64,000 nucleotides of DNA from NCBI GenBank assembly GCA_964016885.1, contig OZ024750.1, positions 11,966,001-12,030,000 on the forward strand, written 5' to 3'. The translations under genes and the position numbers were made by a program. The notes under the pieces are model-generated. The model did not search any database, was not told the origin of the DNA, and saw only the letters and a program-made list of their open reading frames with translations. How positions within the stretch are numbered: the first letter of the stretch is position 1; every line of letters begins with the position of its first letter. Below are positions 1 through 15,000 of the stretch, piece by piece. The stretch is from Eledone cirrhosa (lineage: Eukaryota).

Positions 1-77
1 CTCTGATATTTCACCACATTGCAGTGTATGTACATTGGTGTATGATTGCTATCTTTTATGTCTCTTTTCCATTCTAG

Positions 78-3000
78 ATGGAAATAATTCAAGACAATCC
101 TATATATGACCATATAGTTCCTGATGAAGAAATGAGTTCTTGTCTTCCTCCTGGCTCACCATCATCTCATTTAAGTCCCTCACACAGCAGGTAAGCACAG
201 TTCTGATTCATCTTTAAACTTTAAACTATTTACATGTTGCTAGTTTGCACAACTAGTGTACTGTGCTGCCAATTATATTTCTTCCTTTAAATTTTTAAGA
301 CTAACATTTTTTCCCCCCTAGAAGAAAATAATTTTTGCTTATATTTTTTCTTATAAGTTCCGAAATACATTTGACTTCATATAGAGTAGAGCTGGAATAA
401 CTTTATAATGCTTTATATCAAAAGAATAAAAATAATTCTTAGTTGAATAATTGCTAGAAGAAACTTTGTGTTTATAAAGCTTAAGAAATACCTCGATAGT
501 ATCTTCATAACAATTTATTTTATTTGTGATTTTTATGAATGGCTTTCCTATGTCATTAATAAAGATCTCAAATTATCATAAATTATCATAAATTATGATA
601 ATTTGGAATTCAAATTCATTCTTTATCAAATTTAGGTTGTTCTAGGTAAAATTCCAACAGTATTTATATAGTATCTTACTTAGTTCTATTTTCATAAATA
701 ATGTGGTGATATTTATAATTTGTTTCAATAGTCTTTATAGTTCTCTGCCAACAAATCAGCTGCTATTTGGCTGCTTCACCTGCCAGAAATATCATCTAAA
801 TATCTTCCAAATTTTACCTAATTATTTCAACAGGGAAAGGACACATTTGATAAAGAACCTCACACACACTGTCTTTAAAGAAAACATGGGATGGTCATAG
901 CTTGGGCAGTTTTGACCATGTCTGCTACATCAGATGGTCATAGCTTTACACCTTTGGTTGTTGTCTGTTACATGGGATTATCATAGCTTAACCATGTCTG
1001 CTACATTGAATGGTCGTAGTTTGACCACACCATTGATCATGTCTTGCCTGCTACATCTGATGGTCATAGTTTGACCACACCTTTGACCATGTCTGCTACA
1101 TGGGATGGTCGTAGTTTGACCATGTCTGCTACATGGGATGGTCGTAGTTTGACCATGCCTGCTACATGTGATGGTCATAGTTTGACCACACCTTTGATCA
1201 TGTCATGCCTGCTATATCGGAGCTGAACTGGGAATAAACAACAATCATCTCCATGTCATATAACAATTCTCCAAATTACTTCTTAGAATATAAAGTCCAT
1301 ATTTCTCTTTTAATAAGTCATATTTTTTTCTAGTTGTCACCAGAATACATTTGTAAAAATCACCATTATCTTCATTATCATTTCATGTTCAGTTTCTATA
1401 TAGGCATGGGTTGGATGGGTTGTCACATCTTGCTCATACATTTTATTTTTAGCATGATTTCTACAGCTGGATGTCCTTAATATCAACCACTTTACAGAGT
1501 GAAGTGGTTGTAGATGTTATGGCACCAGCACTACTTTACAGAGTGTACTGGGTGTATTTTATCATGGTACCAGCACTATTACTTTTCAGAGTGTACTGGG
1601 TGTATTTTATCATGGTACCAACACTACTACTTTACAGAGTGTACTGGATGTATTTCATCATGGTACCAGCACTATTACTTTACAGTGTACTGGGTGTATT
1701 TTATCATGACACCAGTACTGCCATGTTACAGGTAAAGCATCAACGAAGAAACACTCTTACTAGCAAAATGAAGATATTTTCTGGGGATATTGTTATGGCT
1801 AAGTTACAGTCTCTTATTATTATATCAAAGACTTTTTTTTCTCTCAGATAACATCATTGAAATATATCATAATTATAGCAATAAGAGGGAAATTTCTCTG
1901 TGCATTATTTCTATGAAATTCATATAAAATATAATTTTTGAGATAGAATCAAAGAAAGGAACCATTACTAATCTCATTTATTAGATTCCTTACCTGGCTT
2001 CTTCTTATTTTCCCTTGCTATCCTCATTTGATTTTTAATGTCTTCCTGTAGATCTTTTACCATTTTCTCCCCATTTTTTCTGTGGTATGTGCTATGCCAT
2101 TTTATATTGATATTTCAATTATTTACCTGTGTTTTGCATTTCATTTTACCCAGCTAGTAAAAAAATTGCTACATTTTTTTTTTATGGCTTTTTAAGCATG
2201 ATTAGCCATTTCTTTTATTTTCTATTTCAGTAGTGAGAACCTCTGCTGGTAGAGAATAAATATTGCTGCATGATGGCAATACACTTCCATCATGCCTGCA
2301 ATATTGACACTTGGGTCTACTACTATTATGTCTTAAACCAGTTAGAGATATATTATTACAAATATATCTTCATGCAGTTATATTATGTCTTAAACCAGTT
2401 AGATATATATCATTACAAGTATATCTTCATGCAGTTAGATATATTATTATGTCTTAAATCAGTTAGATATATATTCTATCGTAAAACCAGTTAGCTGTAC
2501 ACATATGTGTACATCACTCTTGCCTTGAATCAGCTGGAAAACATTTTTTTTCTTGAATGTTACTGCACCATAACATGAATACTAAGTCAGTTCTGGCAGT
2601 ATTTGAACCCGAAATATAATTTAACTGGCAACTTATTTTAATAGAATTGTGCTTCCTCCTTTTTTGTTTTAAATTAGGCTGTCATAGAATGCTGATTAAA
2701 AGCTTTAGGTTCTTCAGGTGATCATATCAAGCTTTAAAGTGTCCAGGTGGTCCTGTCAAGCTTTAGGACTGAACACATATTCTGTTAAGTCAGTTCTGTT
2801 CTAACATCAATCAAGACTTCCTTTCCATACAAACATTTTCTTAATCAAAATTATTTCTTTAGTAATTCTTTATATATTAACTGCTCAGTTTTACCCACTA
2901 TTGAAAAACTAATACAATCTTTTTTTTCTTCTGTTTTTGTCATAATATTTATATTCTGTTAACCTGTCAGCTAACACACAACAATATCTGCTCTCAGGTT

Positions 3001-6000
3001 TCGAATAATCATCCCCACCCTTGCTTATTAATTTTTCAGATTTGTTTCCAACCCCTTAATAAATTTTGCTAATCTATCTCCAGAGAAATTTTATTTTAAG
3101 TGGTAGCATTCCTGTGACAATTTTCTTTATACATTAAAACACATTATACATGACAAAAAAGAAGATTACTAGAAATCTCCTATGTTAATAAATAGGATGG
3201 GTTGGGGTCTCAATATGTAAACTAAACGAATAATTCTATTTTTTTTTTTAAATCAATTAGGTTTAACCCTGCAATGAACTTGTGTCCTGTCCAGGGGGAG
3301 TCTTGTACTCTGTCACTTCACACCACAGTAACTGGGATAAACACCAGCCTAATGATCCTCCAGGATCAAGATAGAATTTAGACTTTTTAGACTTTTAGAA
3401 ATAATGTAAATAAATAGTTTGACTGATAAGAGTTCTGTAGAAAAGCATCTAACATTTGATCTACCACTCTTTCTTGGTATGTTTCAATGATCTCATACAT
3501 CTCTTTCATTCAACATATCATTTGTTATAGTTTGTACTGAATCTCTACACCAGTGTGGCTATTTCATGTAATGGCCACTGCTTCTAACACACTCCAACAT
3601 ATCAGTGCTTTCTCTGTTTATTTTCTTAGTTTTTAAGATAACAGGAACACCTCTGTATGATTGCTCAACGTACTAGAAAGAACAACAAAAGCTCACTCAA
3701 ACTACACCATACTATTTTAATAAAGAACACAGATAATGTAGTTTAAGTTATCCAGTTCTTGAAAACATAGATGGGGTGATCATGGCTTGACTGCTTCTCA
3801 TAGGTTTGCTAGATCATAGTTAACTTTGTCATAAACAATAATAATAACATGTCAGTCTTAATATTAAATCAAGCAACTTTGACACAGAGAAAACAATTTT
3901 AATGTTAGTATCTTCATTTTAAATTTGTATTTCCATACTTGCTTGGGTTGGCAGGACACCGTATCACCATTTGTTGTAGTCCCTTATTATCTCCTTCATG
4001 AAGTTCAACATCCTGAGATCAACCACTTCTTCCCTGCTTTTCCTTCATTTTCCTCTTCTGCAGGTTTCTTCCACTTGGTACTATTGTACTCATCTGTCAT
4101 CCTTCAACATCATCTCAACCAGCACAGTCATCCCCTTTGCACTTTATTTATGATTTTGATTTTTCTTAAACCCAGTTTTCCTTTCAGATCATTTCTTCTC
4201 CTTTGTTCATTAACACTAAGTAATATACCATCATCATTGTCATAACGTCCACTTCCCTTGCTAGCAAGGGTTGCACAGGTCTTCATAGACCAAGTCAGTA
4301 CTGAAGTAGTGGCTACCGATCTAGATAAGCCAAGGATCTGTTACCTCACTTATGTATGGTCTCTATATCTAGTGTAAAACAAAGAAATAGCTGAACCAGC
4401 TTTTAATAATGCAGGTTCAATTCTTTTGTGTTTTCTTGGTAAAGTTAGATGTCAAAACATGTCAAGGAACTCACTCTCGTCATTTGCCACATCTAGGAAT
4501 TTCTTTTCTTTTTTTCATTTCTATCTTTATAAAGCTTTATTATTTCCAAGTTTTATTTGACGCGAAATATCCTAACTTTGCTTACATCATCATCATTACC
4601 ACCATCACACACCACCACCACCACCACCATCACCATCACCATCACCACCATCACCACCACCACCACCATCACCATCACCACACCCACCACCACTATCAAC
4701 TACAACTGTCACATATGCCAGTCAAAGTGACAGATATGTAATATATGTCTGTGTCCAGTGTCATAAATTCATCAGGAATCTCAGTAGCAAGGTCTTAACT
4801 GTTGTTTTGAAGGAGAATCATGGTTTGTCATTGCATGAGTCAGTTCGCATCTGATGATTTCGTTGGTGGGCAATTCTCACTGTTTCAGACAGTGTTCTGT
4901 AAACATCACCTCTATTCCTGTGACATCATATTGTTACATTTATTTAAAGTGTGTTGATCTCAGCTTTGTGTCTTATTTTTAATCAATCTAATCACTATAT
5001 ATATAGCTTATGATAAAAATATGAGACTGGTGTTGTCTCAAGTTGTCATTTGCCTGATTGAGATCAGAGATCAGTGGTGAGTTTCCAGGGCTCACCACAA
5101 AGAGGTTGACAACTTGAGCCCCATTAAAATAACAATCAGTGTTGTTGATTAAAATATCTCCCTCTTGAAATAGAAAGTTTTTATTTTTGTTTAACTTTGA
5201 TGGAAGCTTTATTCAACTAAAAAAAAAATTACAAAAATATGATTAAATCTAAAAATCCTTTTTTTTTTTAGTTTCTAAATTATTTTCTTTTAATTTCTTT
5301 AGTTTTAGTAAAAGAAAACCAAAAAACTTAAATAATCATTTGGAAATGATAAGAATAAATTATTTCCTATTATTCATTTGGCTAACTTCATAAAATTGTG
5401 ATATAATGTTTGTCAGAATTCCTAGAGGTTCAACCATAAGGAAATTGTTTGTTTTTAAAGAATTAAGACATTCTGTTAACATGAATTGTTGAGTCAATGC
5501 TGTATTAGGAAAGTTTTATTTTACTCACCTTTTGTGGACAAGTCTTTTTTTTTTAGGTTTTTTTAGATTGTTTGTGTCCTTATGTCTATAGCCATGTCGT
5601 GGCACTACCATTTTAAACATGTAAACTAGCTAGATGTAAAATATCCTTATGTCTATAGCCATGTCGTGGCACCACCATTTTAAACATGTAAACTAACTAG
5701 ATGTAAAATGTCCTTATGTCTATAGCCATGTCATGGCACCACCATTTTAAACATGTAAACTAGCTAGATGTAAAATGTCCTTATGTCTATAGCCATGTCA
5801 TGGCACCACCATTTTAAACATGTAAACTAGCTAGATGTAAAATGTCCTTATGTCTATATCCATGTCATGACACCACCATTTTAAACATGTAAACTAGATG
5901 GAAGATGTAAAAATATATCTGGATTTATTTTATGCTTTTTTTTTGTGTGTGCTAGAAGATATATAAAGACATGTCGTTCTTTCATCCATTATCATTGTCA

Positions 6001-9000
6001 CCATCATTTATATTTAACCCTTTCATCACTGGGTTTCTAATGAAATACACTCTATTTTAATTAATTAATGAAGAATTATGAGAGATTTACTAAAATTAGT
6101 AATTATTTCATTACTAAGATAGTAACTTAATGTAAGGTTCTTGTATAAAATTATGTTGGAAGATATTAATATAAATAGGAAACCTTTGAAATTGGTGGTT
6201 TTATTTCTTAGAACCAGAGTCAGTTTTGGTCAGGTTGGTGGGTTAATGTACAAGTTTTCTATGTTAATACAGTTTGGAGTTTAACTGTTTTAGAAACCAC
6301 AATAGCATTACAAGATACACACACATCACAATAGCATTACTAGATACATAAACACACACACATCACAATAACATTACTAGAAACACAAAGACATACACAT
6401 CACAACAGCATTCATATATCAGCAAGCTTCTATTAACTCTACAGAAGTATTGAGAAGCTAATACTGTCTCAAATATGATTGCCACACTGTTGTGTTTAAT
6501 ATATTATTTGACCTTAGTTCATTGTAACTTTATATATTTTATCCTTGCTAAATTAAAATTGTGTTCCTATTATTATTATTATTTTTATTTTTCACTTTCT
6601 ACTTTCATATTTAGTTTTCCAATGTTTCATGTTTCGTTAACTAAAATCATTTGAGATTCAATAACATGTCTTCAGTTCTTTCTTAATCTACCCTAACCCC
6701 TTAAATTGTTCTATCATAGTATATTAATCGACCCTAACTCCTTAAATTATGTTCTACTATAGTATGTTATCTACCCTAACCCCTTAATTGTTCTACCATA
6801 GTATGTTAATCTACCCTAACTCCTTAAATTATGTTCTACTATAGTATGTTATCTACCCTAACCCCTTAAATTGTTCTACCATAGTATGTTAATCTACCCT
6901 AACTCCTTAAATTATGTTCTACCATAGTATATTAATCTACGCTAACCTCTTAAATTATGTTCTACCATAGCATATTAATCTACCCTAACCCATTAAATTA
7001 TGTTCTTAGTGTATTAATTTCCCCTGACCTCTTCAATTATGTTCTTAGTGTATTAATATAGATATATATTTTCAATAAATAAAAAAGGACCCCCCCTGGC
7101 TGATTTTATTACCCTTCTCCTGAAGCACGTGTTTCTTGTTTTATCTTTTTCAGCCCTCAGCTCACAGGTGGCTATACACCTAGCTCAGTATATTCCACTG
7201 GTACTCAATACCGTAATCAGCGCTATCCCACATTTAGCAATCGTCTTGGACAATGTGGCCGAGAAGATATAATTGATTCTAGTAAGTTTGAAGGTAGCCA
7301 TGACAGTGGTTTCTGTTCTGCTAACAACATGGCTCAGTTATCAACTGGGCAACGGACTGTTTCCCAATATGAAAATGGAGAACTGAAAACACCGACAAAT
7401 ATTCATCCTTATGAATATGTTCAAGCAGAATTTCAGAGGCAAATGAATCTCACACCAAATATTGAAGAGAACTTCTACAGTCCTGATAGTCCATTAACAT
7501 TACAGAGACAAAGAGGACCAATTTCTAAACCAGGGCATATTTTGCCTCAATTGTTTTCTTCAAAATATGGCAGTAGAAGAGAATCGGATAGCGATTACAT
7601 TGAGGAAATTCCTGAAAGTACTTCGGACGTTCATAGTAATTCAGTGGCTACTGAGCCAGTGTACAGTCACCTTGATACACATCTTGAGCATCGGTGGGAA
7701 GATTCACAAGTAGCAGAGCCATCTCCAATAATTCGCAGTCCTCCGAGGCCTTGTGAAGACATTGACAACCGACCAAACACTCCAAGTACAGAACATTCCT
7801 ATAGTCCCCGTGTATATGAATATCAGTCGCCTCCACCGCGAGAAGTTCAGGTTATACATATCACCGGGAATACAGGACCTGTTGATAAACCACCAGAAGT
7901 GGACCCTGTTATACCAACTCCTCCTCCAAACAGTCGATTGATAACCACAATAACAAAAATTAAACCTCAGATTGAAGTTTCAAAACCATTTGAAACTTCA
8001 GATTTCTTTAAGTACAGTGAAAAACTGCGGCGTGCTCGTATGCTGGACAACTATCAACGGCAACTGATGGGTGCCACTTATCAAACAGAGCCTTCTATTG
8101 ACTCTTTTTATAACAGTTCATGCACTCCTGAGCACTCGAGTCCTTCGTCTCCTGCCTTTTTTCCACGCATTATGCAAGCAGCACCTTCTTCGCCCTTTGT
8201 TAGTCAACATCATTCCCTACTACAACAACAACAGCAACAACAACAACAGCAACAACAACAACAACAACAACAACAGCAGCAACCACCACCACCACCTACT
8301 CCTACACAGTACTCTAATTATTGGAGAGACTTTGAACAACAACATTCTGGTAACTCCTCTCCTGTGAACATCTATGCTAAGAGAGGCGATATAAATACTT
8401 CCCAGTCCTCATCATCTTTCCACCAACAGCAACAGCAGCAGAGCAGTAACAGCAGCAGCAGCAGTAGCAGCAACAGCAGCAGCTACATGCAATACTCTTC
8501 ACAGTCTGTCTCCAGAACTGTGTTTCGGTCTCATCAAATACAGACAACACGACACACCCACTACAAACCTCCTCAACCAATGACATGTGAACCTGTAGTG
8601 GTGGCTGACCTCCAGTCTCCCAGCTCACACACACCAGTCAACCAAACTAACATGACCAATGTTTCCAGGTGAGCCAAGGCTCCGGTTGCTATGGCAAATG
8701 TGCTTGGTCCTGGACAGCTTCGGTTATAAATTCCCCCCACCCTTTCCTTTACCAATGTAATAGACACACCTATTTTACTGACAACTGTGTGTTTGCATTT
8801 CCCCATTTTTCACGTTGTTTTGTCTTCGTTTCATCATACAGCCATTTTTTTATTTTTTTTACAGTGATTTATTTCATTTTTCTTTTCTTTTAAACATTCT
8901 ATTTTTGTTTTTTTTTATCTGTTTTTGTTACTCTCTCCCCCTCCCTCATCATTTCACCAATTTTTTTTATACTTCACTGGGTTTTTTTTTTACTCTTCTT

Positions 9001-12000
9001 TTTTTTTAATTTATTTTCTTTCTGACTTCAAACTTAACACTTTTTCCAAAATAAAGGGGAATATATCATTTGACTGACTGTGCAATAATCATGTTGAATG
9101 GTGGACATGCAAGCTTTTTGGCTTCTAAGAAACACTTGTCTGTGTCTTTGTCTGGAGTTCAAAGAATGCAAAATTTTTGGCTGATGCCAGAAGATGATGA
9201 ACATGAAATATCCTTAATATTAAAAATGTTGATAAAATTCTACTCTTGTATTCAGAATGTTTATAATTCATTGAATCTGATCCTAAATACACATCCAGAT
9301 ATATATATATACACACACACACACACTTCTTTATGCTTTCTTCTGTCACTTGTCTCTCAAATCTATTTGCAACCAACACGGCTTCATGTTGCTTTAGCTG
9401 ATCATTAATTATAATCAGTGCTAATTAGTTATGCCTTTTTATTTCATATTATTATTATTTTTGTTTCGCTTTCAGATAACAGTAAATTATACTTACCTGC
9501 TTAGATGTAAGATTCTCTGCTGATATAAAACAAGATATTCGGGAGAGCGCCAACTACTTAAGCAAATTTAGTTTAAATGTTGCGTAACATATTATATAGG
9601 ATTCTATAACATAAGCTTTTATTTAATATCTGAATTTCATAAATATATTTTCCAAACTAATTAAAATTATCTATTTTCTATTAAAAAGAAATAGCTGCAG
9701 TAATTTTAATAATTAACAGTCTTTCTCACCTGAATATATACAAATTAATTATACTTTTATTATTTATTTTTTTAATAATAATAATTGTAAAATTTAAAAT
9801 CTAACTTTCAAATACATCTTCTGGAGGCAGCCATACTAACAAAACAAAGCATGAAATATGTCAATAGTCTAACTGTAGCATGTTGTAGTTGGTTTAGTTT
9901 GTTTTCAAATCAACCTTTGTATGTCTGGTTAATATTAATAGTTTAGAATGAATATCCACACATGTCTGGTTAATATTAATAGTTTAGAATGAATATCCAC
10001 ACACACATGTCTGTTTAATATTAATAGTTTAGAATGAATATCCACACATGTCTGGTTAATATTAATAGTTTAGAATGAATATCCACACACACGTCTGGTT
10101 AATATTAATAGTTTAGAATGAATATCCACACATGTCTGGTTAATATTAATAGTTTAGAATGAATATCCACACACACATGTCTGGTTAATATTAATAGTTT
10201 AGAATGAACATCCATACGTGTCTGGTTAATATTAATAGTTTACAATGAATATCTACACATACACACACATGTCTTGTTAATATTAATAGTTTAGAATGAA
10301 TATCCAAACACACAAACAACAGAATTTTTAGAAATAGTTCTACATCTTTCTTGAACAATATTGCACCAAATTACCATTCCTTGGTTATTTGTGTTGCCAG
10401 AAACTAGAGTTGTTCAATATGTTCTTTATCAGCGAAGCATTATCTTTGGGAAACAGCTACTTCAATGTGCATCATGTATAGCCAGATTTAAAACCACCAT
10501 CACCTTGTCTTCAGGTGCCTTTATCAATGTTTATTCTGTTGCAAATATTGAAAATGTATATGAGCACTGCCTTTCCTCTTGCTGTTTTATCTATGGCAAA
10601 TTTCTGCAGCTGGATACTGACACCAACTCATATTTCTCAGTGTGATTTACTGACTTAACTGTGTTTTGGAGGTGAAGACATGCACAAAAATACACACATA
10701 CAAATGATGAGCTTTCTGTAGTACTCATCTACCAGATTCACTCAAAGCATTAGTAAGCCTGAGGTTAGAGCAGAAGACACTTACCCAAGGTGCCTCACAG
10801 TGAGATCCAACCCAGAGCTGTAGACTTTAGAAGTGAACTTCTAAACCACACAGCCATAACTTTTCCAGATCAATATCAATACCCACCTTTAACAATACCT
10901 AACCTTATCAATATCAATACCTAATTTGATCAATACCTAATCTGATCAATACCTAATCTGATCAATACCCAACTTGATCAATAATCAATACCTAACCTGA
11001 TCAATAATCAATAACCACCTTGATCAATAATGGATATTAGTTTTTAAGTTTTGTCCATCTATATTCTGAGTTGAGGTACTTGTGGGGTTCTCTAATCATA
11101 TCTTCAGCCATATAGAAACTGTGTAAACATAAGACAACTTTCGACTACTTATGAGAAGTTCCAATTGAAGTTAATTTACAAACTTGTTTTGTGGTCTAGT
11201 TACATCACTCATGTTAATATTACTCTTGAGAAAGGTGTAAATATTACATTATATACCAGTTATACCCTGGGTAAAGAACCCAATTCTGAAACAATGGAAC
11301 TTAATAGAATCCTAGTTTACTTTTAGATTTTATATATCTAATTGTTGTCACTTCACTTCATATTTTCCTATTTATTAATCTTAGAGAAAATGCTTTGAGA
11401 TGTGTCACATAAACACCTTATTCAAATTTTGTGTCCCCCACCACATACTCACACACTCACAAGAGCCCTAATTGTTAGTTCAAGATAGATCATAACTTGA
11501 ATTCACAAAATGGAAAAGAAAACAAAGCAATAATCCCACAATGAACTGTACAAGAAATGCTGATATATTACTAATTTATTGATTGGTGAGGAAATAGTTG
11601 AAATGTTATTATAATTTATATATTTTACCAGTGAGCTTTATAGAAAGTCTCGACTGTTTAACACATTCTGTGATATGGAAGTAAATTCTGTGAATTTAAT
11701 ACTTTCGCTTTAACCCTTTAAATTCTGTGAATTTAATACTTTAATCTATATTAACTATTGTATTTTCATGGAAAACACTTTATTTCACAATTATCTCACA
11801 TAATATTGAATCTACCAAACTTTGATATTATTTATTTTAAGAACAATACTTTAACATAAGCATGAGCAGCCAGTTATAGCTGGTTTGAACAGAAAGAGGT
11901 GAGAGAATTCTGGCCAGTTTAAATACTAAAGGGTTAAATATGTCAAATAGGGGAAGGTTTGAAATGTACTAAAAAAAGGTAGGAAGAATATTCTGAAATT

Positions 12001-15000
12001 ACAAACTTTGCACTGACTTCAGTCCATTGGTTGCCAATTGTACAACTCTAGCATGAACTAGTATTGGGGTATTTTAACACACCCACATATATCTCCATCT
12101 TTCCCACCCTCTATCTCCTTCTTTATTATTTTCATTTTATGCATTTCTTTTCCATCTCATAAATAATTTTCATTTGTTTTTGTTTCGTCATATCCTTCAT
12201 TTTTTTTTTCTTAAGCATGTTATTTTAGTTGCCAATGGCTGTTATAATCTTGCATGTTGCACTATTTAACACTGACTGTGGTATTATTGCATGCATGTTG
12301 CACTAACGCTGACTGTCGTGTTATTGCATGCATGTTGCACTAACGCTGACTGTTATATGCATGTATGTTGAAATCTAATCCCCATTTAGTTCATCTAAAA
12401 TAGACCTTGCTATGGTTTAACTGTCAGGACCAAAGACATTTGTTGTTGCATGGGACCTCTTTTCAGAAATTTTCTTTGTCTATTATAAACATGTCATTGT
12501 TCTCTATTACTAATGTCTTTATTGCTGATGCATGCATTCTCTTAATTTTAAATGCAAATATTCAGTGAAACCCATACATTCCAGTTTTATTGAATCAATT
12601 TCTCTGTTCTTCTTGCTGTCTAAATATTTCAGTCTGTATTCCCTTCTTATCCTGTTACAACAATGTACTTCTAAACTATGATAGAACTAATGTGTATTTC
12701 TTTTTACAGAAAATGGCTTTGTATTTTAATTCACTCTTAGATAACCTATTTAATTTCCCCGTTTTTCACTTTAAGATAATTTTTAGAAATTACTAACACT
12801 GTCTAGTCTTAATTTAGTTTACTAAGTATATTTAATAGTAGTAATAGTAGTTTGTTTTATTCTAAATTAGATACATTCTAGTCCTATGGTTGTGATGTTT
12901 AATTGTTAAGCTACTAACCACATGATTGTAAGTTCAAGTTTAATGCTGCAATCATCTATTGTGCCGTCTCTCCTAAACAAGAAATAGGAATTTGCTTAGT
13001 TTAGTTAACTTGACCAACTTCCAGGTTCTGTTTGTAATTCACAGTTCAGTGGTTAGCAGTGAAGAAGGTGTCCACCTTTTAAAAAAACAAATGCTCCAGC
13101 AATTATGGAAATGCTGAAGTTTATGAAAACCATTACCCCATGTACAAAAATTGAAATATGTTTTAAAAGATCATTTTACTGCATTGTTTTTTTAAAACTT
13201 CAAATGTAATAGCTACTTCATTCACTGTTATTATTGTTACTGTGATGAAAATGGCAGCTATAGATTAATAATTATAAAATAACAAGTGAGATGACTTACA
13301 TCCTCTGACATATACACTAAGACTCAAATAGGCCAACAGGTGGAGCCTGTGTTGGTGCTAAGTCTGTCAGGAATAACAAATAAATCTTCAGATCATACTC
13401 TTCCATCTTAAAAAAGGGTACATTGGATAATGTAGTAGTCCAGGGTACAGAATTAATGGAGTAAAGATGGAAGTAGGTAACAAATTCGCAGGATCATTAG
13501 AATGTTTACGGTATTCTTTCCAGTAACTTAGCACTACAAATTAAACAATCATGAATTTTCAATCGATCGATCAACAAAATCCCAATCATCATTTACTTAC
13601 CAAATGAAGTGAAACTCAAATCGGACCAAGGAAATAATGTTTCCATTGGTCTGTCCATTGCTGATACTATCTACTGGTCACAACTCCTGGCAGAATTTTA
13701 CAGTACGGTTACTGCCTTCTTTGGGGAATCTTTGTTTTTTACAATGGTTAACACGAGTCATTTAGTTAGGGGTTGCTAAAAATCTTGGGCACAAAACCGA
13801 CGACAACATATGCTCAACCAACTCTTTATCTTATTGCCCCAGTAACCCATGAATTTGTTATCCTACCTACTTACTGTTAACCACTGAAGATGTAAATGTA
13901 ATTTGTTATTTAGCAGACAGATTGAAGCAAACAGTTGTTAGTTCCTTGCTATAGGACAAAGCACAATGGTGTTAATAGACTTTAAATTTCTAAACATGTA
14001 TATCAGTAGACCAGCATCTTAACCTCATAGCTATTGTGTATTGTAGCTTTTGAGTCACATTATTATTAGGGCGCTGGATTGGCAGTATCGGTAGGGGGTC
14101 GGACGCCATGCTTTGACGCATCGAGTTACGGCCCTTGCCATTCTGAGTTCAAATCCTGCCGAGGTTAACTTTGCCTTTCATCCTTATGGGGTCGATAAAA
14201 TAAAGTAGAGTAATGTACTGGGTAATTGCTGGCCTTGTGCCAAAAGTAGAAACAATTATTATTATTATTTCTAACTTCATCTCTATTTGAAATAATCACA
14301 TAGTTTATAGAAAGAACACAGAAAGTAAAATGAAGACCAAAAAACATTAAACAAATAGGAAATAAACCAACTATGAGAATAGACAGATGTAAAACTCTGT
14401 ATTACCACAGTAAATAATGAAGAGGGGGAGATATTTTTGTAAGAATTATAGAATCCTTACTCATTAAGTCTGTAGATCAATGATTTTACCAATTTACATT
14501 ACTAAAAGTTTCAGCAAAGAATATCTTCCATGAAGTCTATGAATCTACTTCTTTCCATAATGACATGTCACTTTCATCACATGAAAAGATGTTATCATTG
14601 TCATCTTTGTTTTTATGTCCAGTTTTCCATGCCACCATGGCTTGGACAAGATATAGTGAGACAATGTTTTACAGCTGGATGCACGTCCTTATGCTTACCC
14701 TTTCCATCACCTCTTAAGATATACAGGGATATTGTGTACTTATTCTAAAAACTGGGATTCACAATATGCAGATGACTATATCTATTGGAAAAATTATTAC
14801 ATTCAATTATAGAGGAAGGAAAATAAAATGAAAATGAAATGAGATTAAAATATAATTGACACATTAAAATATTTGAAATAAAATGGTTTATTCATTGAAT
14901 GTGTTCCAAAAATAAAAAGCAGAAGATATTTTTGATAATATGAATAAATAATAAAAAATATTACGGAGTACAAAGTTTGGGGAATATACAGTGTTGGCCA

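Noticed and set aside
4409-4741. Poly-His ORF
   Set aside because: Translation of an intronic (CAC/CAT)n microsatellite; no coding signal.
6684-7037. Telomeric repeat (CCCTAA within units)
   Set aside because: Only single CCCTAA words inside a 40-bp unit; not a (TTAGGG)n tract.
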